A stretch of 44,975 bases of DNA from Candidatus Woesearchaeota archaeon (GTDB lineage: Archaea > Nanobdellota > Nanobdellia > Woesearchaeales > ARS49), in assembly GCA_016203395.1 (NCBI GenBank), contig JACQMV010000008.1:1-44975 (forward strand), read 5' to 3'. The notes beneath the pieces are model-generated. The model was not told the origin of the DNA. It saw only the letters and a list, made by a program, of their open reading frames with translations, and made no database searches. The position numbers and the translations under genes are program-made. This document shows, in pieces, positions 36,891 through 44,975 of this stretch; the first letter of the stretch is position 1, and each line of letters starts with the position of its first letter.

Positions 36891-36974
36891 AAATCAGAGA
36901 CGCCAAGACAGTATATAAAACTTACTATTAATTAGAAGTAAGAAGATTAATATTGTGCTCTAAATTAATTAACA

Positions 36975-37880
36975 ATGATTAAAATGGCAGACGAAATATG
37001 CGATGAAAAGTTCACACGCGAACATGGAAGATTGACTTTTATAGAATTAACCCTGACAGAAAGGACTAAAGAAAAATGCGCCGGGAAAGAACTTAATCAA
37101 GAAACTATAGAAACAATTACAGTAGGACCCTGGAAAAGAGATTACGTGTGCTCAACCAGAAAGAACCCTCCAACAACTGATAATTGCACGAGATTTCCTC
37201 AGCCCTATGAATGGACAATAAAACAAACTAGAAACGACAATGGAAAAGTTGTTGATGTCAAGGAAAAGATTGACGGGGCATTACATGGCATTTCACCTTT
37301 TGGCGTGTACGATCCCAGATTATTTGGAACAATGATAGAACCACACCCGGAATTACTTCTCGACTTATGTTACGAGCAATCATGTGGAGTAGAAGCCAGA
37401 ATTGGTATTTGGACTTTAAAGAATTTGGATAACATAGCAAGATTACTAAACAAAGGTTCTGACAAAGTCACAAATGAAGATTTGAAAATGCTTGATTTAA
37501 GAATGGGAATTTATGGTGCTAAAGAAGCATTAGCATCTCCATACAATGCGGTTTTTGTTTCACCCACCACAGTAATGCGATTATGCAACGACCCCTTATT
37601 GTTTACTGTTAGAGATTATCTTGAACTTATGAAAATCAATCTTAATGTGTTAGTGGGGAAGGATTTAGAAAATGGAAACTGGAACAACCTGATGATATTT
37701 CGCCAGAGTGATAGAACTATTGAAATTGCTTTAGAAAGAATTATAATTAATTTGAGTATTGGAAAAACTCATTTGGAAGGGTTTGCATCAGCGGCTATAG
37801 AATTAGGGTATGAAGAAACAGCAAAATACGCATCTGATTTAGTAACTGAATACAACAGCGCCATTGAAAATCTGGCATGA
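36975..37880 (+). CDS. Hypothetical protein
   Basis: 301-aa ORF divergent from the TrmB-like gene; no motif recognised. Confidence 0.7.
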   Translation: MIKMADEICDEKFTREHGRLTFIELTLTERTKEKCAGKELNQETIETITVGPWKRDYVCSTRKNPPTTDNCTRFPQPYEWTIKQTRNDNGKVVDVKEKIDGALHGISPFGVYDPRLFGTMIEPHPELLLDLCYEQSCGVEARIGIWTLKNLDNIARLLNKGSDKVTNEDLKMLDLRMGIYGAKEALASPYNAVFVSPTTVMRLCNDPLLFTVRDYLELMKINLNVLVGKDLENGNWNNLMIFRQSDRTIEIALERIIINLSIGKTHLEGFASAAIELGYEETAKYASDLVTEYNSAIENLA

Positions 37881-37926
37881 CAATGCACCTAAGATAGGGT
37901 TGTGAGCCATTCTTTGCAAAACTCAC

Positions 37927-38667
37927 TTAATACTCATCAAGCTTTGACTGGGATTTAGAGTATTCTGCAAGATATTTTGGAGGAATAACACTCACGAATG
38001 AATATCCCCAATCCTCAAGCATCTTTTTTGCATTATCAGTAATCCTCGGGGCTGCAAGAATCCCCCGTACATTTTTTAGACCTTTAGCATCCATAATCCT
38101 TTCAACATACCTTCTTAACTGCGTGACTGCAGCAAGATCAGCACAATATCGCTTGCATTCAACAACTGTCAAAATATCCTCTTTGTCAGTGCCAAGCACG
38201 TCAATAAATCCGTAAGCAGTCTGTTCTTCCTGAGAAACTGGCTTAAAACCATCTTCAATAATTTCCGGAGCCTTATAAATCATGTTAGCCATGTCTGCTT
38301 CGTTGCCCTGCAAAACAATTTTCTGGGAATCATTCAACTTATGACTGTTGAAAAAGTAAACCTTCTTCATTATAATTGTGAGAAATTCCTTCTGAACAAG
38401 ATTTTCGCACTTCAAGAACAAAAAACCATCCTCTACAAAAGAAGAATGAATTGTTCCCGATTTCATATAATTCACAGGAGCATTGCCCTGCGGCTGATGA
38501 ACAAGCAGACTATAATCTTCTTTTAGTATAATAAGTCGGTCTCCATCCCCAAGATAGCTTTCAGCCCTTCCAGAATACTTTATCTCGCACTTTGCAGCAA
38601 GAACCACGATCTCTCTTCTTGCGACAGCGTCTTTAAGCAATGAACAAACTTCTTCTTTTTTCCACAT
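37927..38667 (-). CDS. nucS: Endonuclease NucS/EndoMS
   Basis: YSGRAES.L..GDR, PVNY, IDVLG...VVECK, QLRRY; ATG at 38667 lies just after the deaminase stop. Confidence 0.9.
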   Translation of the reverse strand: MWKKEEVCSLLKDAVARREIVVLAAKCEIKYSGRAESYLGDGDRLIILKEDYSLLVHQPQGNAPVNYMKSGTIHSSFVEDGFLFLKCENLVQKEFLTIIMKKVYFFNSHKLNDSQKIVLQGNEADMANMIYKAPEIIEDGFKPVSQEEQTAYGFIDVLGTDKEDILTVVECKRYCADLAAVTQLRRYVERIMDAKGLKNVRGILAAPRITDNAKKMLEDWGYSFVSVIPPKYLAEYSKSQSKLDEY

Positions 38668-38668
38668 T

Positions 38669-39661
38669 TTACAATTCCTTAATTTTCCTAAGCACAACTC
38701 CTGCTTCTGAAAAAAGAGCAATGGAGGTATCATCCATTGCATACTCTTCAGTATAAACCACTTCCTTTATTCCTGCCTGAATTATCATTTTAGTGCACCA
38801 CAAACACGGCAAAAAACTCGTGTAAATAATGCTGGCTTCTGCCCTATCCCTACCTGCTTCTATTATTGCGTTTTCTTCTCCGTGAAGACACAAACATTCT
38901 CCTAGTTTAACACCTGCAGGAACATTACCACCACATCTTGCGCAGCCACCATCACTACAATTCCTAGTGCCTCTTGGTGTCCCATTATAGCCAGTTGCAA
39001 TTATCCTCCTGTTTTTTACTATTACAGCACCAACCTTTCTTGACATACAATTACTCCTTTGAGCAGCAAGTTTAGCGAGATTCATAAAATACGAGTCCCA
39101 CGAAGGCCTTATTTTTTCTTTATCAACAAGCAGGTCTACTTTTTTTTGCAACTCCTCAATCACTCCATCGTTAATTATCAACTCGTTAGCCATAGCCATA
39201 CATTCACGAATTCTCTGGTTTTCCCCCTTGCCAAATAACTCTTTTTGATCTCTCTCCAGAAAGGCATCCATTGTCTGAGGATCATTCTCCCTATTTCTTG
39301 ATTTTGCCCTCTCAAATCGCAATTGGACAGGTGCATCAACAGCAACGAGATAAAACAAAGGGCTTTTTCTCAAAACACTGACTTCTTCAGGATGACGTAT
39401 GCTATCAACAACATAATTAACCCTCCAGCATGATTTTATCTTTTCAATAATTATCTGCGAAATTGCCCCACAACCCTTTTCCCTGCGAAGATTGTTAGCA
39501 AAAACGATAAGATTGTCTCTGGTAACTTCTATGCCTTTCTCTCTAAGCATATTGCGCAGCTCATCACTATGCGAATAACTCTGAAAGCCGTATTTTTCCT
39601 TCAAATAATCAACAATCACCTGCTTTCCACAGCAGTAAGGACCTGTTAAGCCAATAATCAT
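38669..39661 (-). CDS. P-loop kinase fused to a deoxycytidylate deaminase
   Basis: N-terminal IGLTGPYCCGKQ, DSIRHPEE; C-terminal RPSWDSYFM, GYNG, HGEENA, PCLWC. Confidence 0.9.
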   Translation of the reverse strand: MIIGLTGPYCCGKQVIVDYLKEKYGFQSYSHSDELRNMLREKGIEVTRDNLIVFANNLRREKGCGAISQIIIEKIKSCWRVNYVVDSIRHPEEVSVLRKSPLFYLVAVDAPVQLRFERAKSRNRENDPQTMDAFLERDQKELFGKGENQRIRECMAMANELIINDGVIEELQKKVDLLVDKEKIRPSWDSYFMNLAKLAAQRSNCMSRKVGAVIVKNRRIIATGYNGTPRGTRNCSDGGCARCGGNVPAGVKLGECLCLHGEENAIIEAGRDRAEASIIYTSFLPCLWCTKMIIQAGIKEVVYTEEYAMDDTSIALFSEAGVVLRKIKEL

Positions 39662-39741
39662 GGGCTAAAACTAGTATCGGCATATAAAAACATAATTGTA
39701 CTATAATCAATATATACGAGTATGACTCATTTGAGAACAAA

Positions 39742-39836
39742 TTATAGCGGAAGAATTTAATAATCATATAAAAATAGTAAATTCTTCCTTATATAGCAAA
39801 CGAAACATATGCGAAAATTTACTTCATTTGCTATAG
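39742..39836 (+). repeat. Family B copy B4 (extension shared with B1 to ~39872)
   Basis: TTATAGCGGAAGAATTTA...TAAATTCTTCC...TATAGCAAACGAAA...TTTGCTATAG. Confidence 0.92.
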
Positions 39837-39961
39837 TTCGTATTAAGGAAGAGCAGTTTCTGAGCATGCTCAACAACCGCGTATATGATTCTTTAAATAG
39901 CGGTTTTTGACAAGACGCAACTATTTTTATCCTATTATTTGCGTCTTCCACTATATAGTTC

Positions 39962-40264
39962 CTATTTGTATTCTCTCCAAGTGTGCTTGCATTGTTCGCA
40001 TTTGAAGAATCTTGTTTCAGGTTCGTCTCCTGCTCTTGTTTGTTTTGTCCACCAGTATGCGTGTGGGTGGTGGCATTTTGAGCATTCTGCTTCTGTCAGA
40101 GGTAAGCTTTCTTGTTCTTTTATAGCTCCTTCTTTCTTTTCAACATCTGGCTTTAGTACAGTGTGTATTATTGCTTTGTCTTTGCTGGTGTATCCGCAGC
40201 TGCATGCCATTACCTTTTTGTCAAACTTTGGCAGCAGTATTGAACCGCATTTTGGGCAGAACAT
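39962..40264 (-). CDS. tfs: Transcription factor S
   Basis: Two zinc ribbons with the QTRAGDEP acidic hairpin. Confidence 0.93.
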   Translation of the reverse strand: MFCPKCGSILLPKFDKKVMACSCGYTSKDKAIIHTVLKPDVEKKEGAIKEQESLPLTEAECSKCHHPHAYWWTKQTRAGDEPETRFFKCEQCKHTWREYK

Positions 40265-40270
40265 TTTTTT

Positions 40271-40879
40271 TTAGCAGGTTTGTGCTTTGCACACCTCCGA
40301 ATTGGTGAATAAACATATCCCCTTTATTAATCCTACTTTTAGCCAGCCGGCAAAAGGCACTCTTAATAGTGCTTTTCCAACTACTTGTTCTTTTGATGCT
40401 CTGTCCATTAATGGGTCTGGAGCATTGTTTCCATCGCCTTTTGTTATGAATTCGTCGTTTTTGGCTATTACTCGGTGTATGATTGGCTGTGAGGTGTATT
40501 TTGAGAAGAATACGATAACGTCTCCTGTTTTTGCGTTTTTAGGGCTTCCAAGCACCATTAAATCGCCTTTCCAGAATCCTCTTTTGAATGGGAATCTCAG
40601 AAAGTCCTGTTTTGTGATGTTGTATGAACTGTAGAAGTCTTCTTGTGTTCCTTTTATTGATGGGGATTGCCACCATTTTTCAAAACCTGCTTCATGGTCC
40701 ATGCTGCAGGATACTACTGCAACTATAGGGTATTGTGTTCCGAGCACGAATCCGAGCACAGGATAAACAAGGTATTTTATTATAATGAATGCTACCAGCA
40801 AGTGAACTACTGTTCCGAAAAAACTGTCATCTTCAAATGCGAGTTTGTACAACCAGTGCTCTTTCACTTTTTTAAGCAT
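40271..40879 (-). CDS. Signal peptidase I (Sec11-like)
   Basis: VVSCSM, GDVIVF, IIHRV, TKGDGN. Confidence 0.88.
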   Translation of the reverse strand: MLKKVKEHWLYKLAFEDDSFFGTVVHLLVAFIIIKYLVYPVLGFVLGTQYPIVAVVSCSMDHEAGFEKWWQSPSIKGTQEDFYSSYNITKQDFLRFPFKRGFWKGDLMVLGSPKNAKTGDVIVFFSKYTSQPIIHRVIAKNDEFITKGDGNNAPDPLMDRASKEQVVGKALLRVPFAGWLKVGLIKGICLFTNSEVCKAQTC

Positions 40880-40920
40880 GAATCCCTTTGTTTTTGTTTG
40901 TTTTTAAGCTTTGCGCAGTC

Positions 40921-41285
40921 CCAATCTGCTAATAATAATCAACTGTCTTGTAATTCTTTTCCCACAGCCACTAATACTTACCAAAGAAGGCGTTGTTATT
41001 TTTCCACAGCCCTCCATAAAAAGGATAAGAATGTAAGATGATACTACAGTTCTGCAGCCCTTGTGGCTTGATGAGTAATTTGAAGGTATTTTGTTTTGTT
41101 GTCACACCAAGCCATTACCATGTGTTTGCAACAGGTTGCAACAAATTGTCTTGCTCAAGGCAAATAAACAGTTGATTACATTAAAGTTCCCAGTCAGAGC
41201 ACAAGGACTGTAGGGCAAATATGTCATTTGTTTAGCGCGTTTTTAGCAATGGCTGCTGATAAGTTATAACTTCATTTAAGACAAA
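40921..41285 (+). repeat. Family A copy A7 (core 41055-41210)
   Basis: CAGCCCTTGTGGCTTGA...TCAGAGCACAAGGACTG with three modules on the left and two on the right. Confidence 0.92.
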
Positions 41286-41330
41286 TTTACTTAACTGGCG
41301 TATTTTTAGCGCAAAAGAATTGAATTGTGC

Positions 41331-44300
41331 TTACACGAGTTCTCCCGGCGTGAATGATTGCTCAGCAGTTGTTTCTGTACCTGTTGTAGCTCCCGGCGTA
41401 AGTTCTGTTTCTTCTGTCTGCAGTGTTTGTGCAGGGCCAGTGTATTTTGTTATTGTTGTGCATAGCTGGTTTACTTCTTCTCCGTCTTGTTTTCTTATTC
41501 CTGTTGAAAACACTAAGCATACTTTTTCGTAGTTTCTTGCGCTGAATTTTTTGAGTGCGCCTGTTGCTATTGCTTGTGCGCCTTCTCCCGTGTTGAGTTT
41601 TGTGTCTAATGGATACCATGGCACAGGTATTTGGTCTGCTTCTTCGTTTGTTGGATAAAAGTATACGTTGAAGCTTAGTTCGTTTGATAGTCCGTTTGTT
41701 ACTCCGTATTCTACTTTGTAGAGTGTTTTTACAATGCCGGTTCCATCTTCCTGTGGTTCTATGAATGGTTGTCCTCTTGAAGCAGACAGGTGTGCTATGC
41801 TTCTTGCTTCTCCTTGTGGTGTTGTTGTTGCAAGTATGTCTTTTCCTTCTATTGCATCATTTGGCATGTCGCATAGTTCGCTTTTGAAGCATGCTTGTAT
41901 TCCTGCGAATGCGCAGAACTTATCTGCCATATGATTTCTCCAGTCTGTCATTTTTTTGTCGCTGAAAAATAAAGTTCCTATCTGTCCTATTCCTCTGTAT
42001 GACTCAAATGTTCTCAGGAATTTACCTGCTTGCAGTCCTCTTCCTCCGAATTTTCCAAATTCTTTGTCTCCCTGCTTTTTTAGTGCGCCTAGCTCTTGTC
42101 CAAGGGTTCTTTCAACCCACACTCCTGTTGCTTTTTGTCCTTTTTGGATTATTGCTTCTTGTGCTGCAAAAAGTGCTTCGCCTGATAAAGGTGCCGAGAT
42201 TATTGTATTAGCAGCTATTTTTCTGAATACTTGTTGTCCGTTTTCTTCTGTAACAACAATCATTTCTTCGTCAGTTTGTATTATGTTTGCTATTTTGTTG
42301 TCTTGCACAAATATGCTTCTGTCTTGTGATATTTGTAGTGCGAGTTTTCCGTCGTAATTGCTTATTTTTGCAGTCGGATTCCTTTTTATTTCATTAATTA
42401 CTTCCTGCACGAGTGCATCTGTTGTTTCTTTGTCTTGTGTATTCAGTCCTGTTGCAGTTAATAATTTAGTTACTTCCTCTTTCAGTGAAGTATCTGCATT
42501 TCTTAACTCAGTAATTTTGTTTTTTTCTGAAGAGCCTCCCAGTTCTTCTTCCGTCATTTCTCTTGCTTTTTTCTGTTGTTCTGCACTACCTACCCCTTCT
42601 TCAGCAGTAGTGACTGCTCGTATTTTAGTAGTAAGCAGTGTATTGGCTTCATCTATCGCGGTTGTAAGAGCAATATTTGCTTGTGTGATTTGGTTTTGTT
42701 GTTTTCCGACACTATTTTTTACATGAGTTAATTGTGTATTTGCTTGTTCTTGTTCGCTTGTAGCAACAAGGGCGTATTCAGTTATAAGTAGCCGTTCAGT
42801 TTCAAGCTGTTCTTTTGCGTTTGTATAACTTTCTCTTGTTGCTGGATTGAGTGTTATGTCTTTTCTGTTGAGTTCAAAATCTAAAGCGTCTATTTGTGCG
42901 GTTATGCTTTCAAGGTCTGCGTAAGCTTTTTGATGGTTTTGTGTTGCTTCTTGTGTTATCTGTTCTGCAAGTTTTTGCTTTTCTTCAAGTATTTGTTTTT
43001 CATTCTCCGCGAGTTTAGCAGTATTTACAGCATCCAAAAGCGAATTAGTTTTTGGCGAGGACTTTTCAGCAAGCAATGTATTTCTTTTCTTTAGAAGCTC
43101 TTGTATTCTCGTGCTTGGGGCTTTGTTTATTGTTTCAGCGTTTGTCATTTTATTTAAATCAAGTGTGTTTAGGTTGCTCAGAAATTCTTGTGTTTTGATT
43201 GGTTGTAGTGGTGTTGCTGTTGCTAATTTGTCAAATGGCAGCTCAGCAGCAGGTGGTATTTTAGGAGTGCTTGGAGGGGTTGCTCCTGTCATTCCCGTAC
43301 TGTGTTTTGTGCTTTGTGTTGTTTTCTCAAGTTCTGCCAATCTTTCAGTAGCAGCACCTAATTCTTTAACTGCGATACTATAGTCATATTGTAAATCTTG
43401 TAAATAAGGATCTTCTTGTTCAACATTTTTCTTGTAATATTCTATTTGAGAGGATAACATATCTGCTTTTATTTGTGCCGCTTCTTTTTCTTGTCTTGCT
43501 ATGTCTGTTTCTATCTGTGCATATGTGCGGGTTTTTTCAGGTTCAGAAGTAGCGGGCTGGGGAGGGATCATTCCGCTTGCTGCCATTCCTGGTTCTGGTG
43601 GCGTTGCACTGCTGGTAGTGCTTGTTTCATAAGGGATTATTCTCCCTTGGGAATCACGAGTGTATGTTTTTCCATAATTCTCTCCTTCTAATGCTATGAA
43701 CTTACCCTCTCCTATTGATTTGTATTTGATTCCGTTGTATTCTACTTCAGTAGATTCGCTGCTTACTACTTTCACAGGCCCTCTTAATCCGCCACCTCCG
43801 CTCATTCCTGTTCCTGTTGGTTGTGGCGATGGCGGGGTAGCTTGCGTGTCCTCACTAGTGTCTGCTTGGGGTAAGTTTTCGCTGGCAGCCATGCCTGGAG
43901 GAGGTGGCTTTAATGGATCAGGTGTAGAAATAAAATCGTTTGGATTGTAGTCAGTATCATAATATTCTCCTGTGTGTATGTCTATATCCTTTGGTATTAT
44001 TTCTTCTTGTGTTTGTGGAGTTTGTTGTGGTGTATCAAATGTTTGGGTTATATCGTGTGTGATGTCTGGTTCTAAGGTTTTTTCTTGTTTTATCATAGGT
44101 GGGAATTCGTTTGGTGCCATTTCTATCATTTCACCGTTATCAATTACATAAGGTGTTCCAGAACTATCGCCAAAAAGGTAATACGTACCATCTCCTGTTG
44201 CGGTGTAGTCGTATCCGTCATAATTAACACTAATAAGGTCATCATAATATTCGTCACCTAATCTTGGCTGTCCTGTTATACTAAATCCTGCGCTTTGTTG

Positions 44301-44975
44301 TTCTTTTGTTGGTGTTTGTGTTGTTCCTGCAATGAATGTTGTGTCATCTTCTTGAGTAGCATACCAGTCTCTTGGTCTGTTATCATCAATGTTTTCAGTT
44401 GGTATTTGGTTTTGAGCAAGTTTCGTTGCTTCTGTGCTTCTTTCTTGGCTTGCTACGTCTTCAGGGCTCATGTAGGGTGCTGTGTTTTTGTCTATTTTTG
44501 TTTGTAAATCAGTTGCTTGCTGGCGTAAGTTGGCTGCTCGTGCTGTTTCTTGGTTTATTTGTTGGATGAGTTGTTCTTGTTGTTTTAGTAATTCTTTGTC
44601 TTTATTATTAGCGCTTATTTGTATTTGTATATCTTCTAGTTGATTTTGAAATGTTGTGATTCTGGCTTCTGCAGTTGCTGCTGCTGTTTGGTACACTTTT
44701 ACTTGTGTTTCAGGTGGTGGTGTTTGCGGGTTTTGAATTGTGATGGTTTCAGGTGTTGTTGTGGTTTTTGGTGCTTCTTTACCCGTGACAAATTGCGGTG
44801 GTATATCTTGTGTTGATTTTTCAATTGTGACTGGTGAGGGGGTGATTTTTAATGGGTTTCGTTTTTCCTGAGTTGGTTCATACGTATCATAACTGTCTCT
44901 GATGTCAGTAATCGTGGGGTCTCCTGTTGAGAGTATTCCGTTGCCCATTGCTTGGGCTATTGGAAGTATTAGGAG
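41331..44975 (-). CDS. Large secreted T/P/Q/E-rich protein (5' end outside the window)
   Basis: The frame stays open to the window edge, reading LLILPIAQA-MGNG, which looks like a signal peptide end. Low-complexity linkers, coiled coils and a Cys-containing C-terminal domain follow. Confidence 0.8.
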   Translation of the reverse strand, partial: LLILPIAQAMGNGILSTGDPTITDIRDSYDTYEPTQEKRNPLKITPSPVTIEKSTQDIPPQFVTGKEAPKTTTTPETITIQNPQTPPPETQVKVYQTAAATAEARITTFQNQLEDIQIQISANNKDKELLKQQEQLIQQINQETARAANLRQQATDLQTKIDKNTAPYMSPEDVASQERSTEATKLAQNQIPTENIDDNRPRDWYATQEDDTTFIAGTTQTPTKEQQSAGFSITGQPRLGDEYYDDLISVNYDGYDYTATGDGTYYLFGDSSGTPYVIDNGEMIEMAPNEFPPMIKQEKTLEPDITHDITQTFDTPQQTPQTQEEIIPKDIDIHTGEYYDTDYNPNDFISTPDPLKPPPPGMAASENLPQADTSEDTQATPPSPQPTGTGMSGGGGLRGPVKVVSSESTEVEYNGIKYKSIGEGKFIALEGENYGKTYTRDSQGRIIPYETSTTSSATPPEPGMAASGMIPPQPATSEPEKTRTYAQIETDIARQEKEAAQIKADMLSSQIEYYKKNVEQEDPYLQDLQYDYSIAVKELGAATERLAELEKTTQSTKHSTGMTGATPPSTPKIPPAAELPFDKLATATPLQPIKTQEFLSNLNTLDLNKMTNAETINKAPSTRIQELLKKRNTLLAEKSSPKTNSLLDAVNTAKLAENEKQILEEKQKLAEQITQEATQNHQKAYADLESITAQIDALDFELNRKDITLNPATRESYTNAKEQLETERLLITEYALVATSEQEQANTQLTHVKNSVGKQQNQITQANIALTTAIDEANTLLTTKIRAVTTAEEGVGSAEQQKKAREMTEEELGGSSEKNKITELRNADTSLKEEVTKLLTATGLNTQDKETTDALVQEVINEIKRNPTAKISNYDGKLALQISQDRSIFVQDNKIANIIQTDEEMIVVTEENGQQVFRKIAANTIISAPLSGEALFAAQEAIIQKGQKATGVWVERTLGQELGALKKQGDKEFGKFGGRGLQAGKFLRTFESYRGIGQIGTLFFSDKKMTDWRNHMADKFCAFAGIQACFKSELCDMPNDAIEGKDILATTTPQGEARSIAHLSASRGQPFIEPQEDGTGIVKTLYKVEYGVTNGLSNELSFNVYFYPTNEEADQIPVPWYPLDTKLNTGEGAQAIATGALKKFSARNYEKVCLVFSTGIRKQDGEEVNQLCTTITKYTGPAQTLQTEETELTPGATTGTETTAEQSFTPGELV

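Noticed and set aside
701-41285. Family A read as a CRISPR array
   Set aside because: The junction repeats are degenerate and change orientation, the intervening modules recur between loci rather than being unique spacers, and no cas genes are present.

Overview
Archaeal chromosomal window, most consistent with a DPANN (Woesearchaeota-like) genome; the lineage is inferred from gene content. Core genes: tRNA-Lys(UUU) followed by rpoH-B''-B'-A'-A''-rpl30e-nusA, plus tRNA-Val(GAC), tpiA, PGI/PMI, a Rad50/SbcC-like ATPase, two pilin-like genes, a complete suf operon, nucS, TFS and signal peptidase I. Accessory genes: two type II toxin-antitoxin pairs, a GNAT-M23 pair, a variant GGDEF protein and a kinase-deaminase fusion. 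The most unexplained structure is non-coding. Family A is a modular, mosaic repeat with an inverted-repeat-bounded core of about 155-180 bp and shuffled 40-60 nt flanking modules, present at about 8 loci. Family B is a ~94 bp two-hairpin repeat with TATAGC...GCTATA ends, present 4 times; two oppositely oriented copies bracket a ~4.1 kb segment whose strand bias looks reversed. Also notable are a 14-nt T-loop intron in tRNA-Lys and an HTH-PAS(Cys) gene with a perfect palindrome heading the suf operon. All calls were made by eye; no searches were run.
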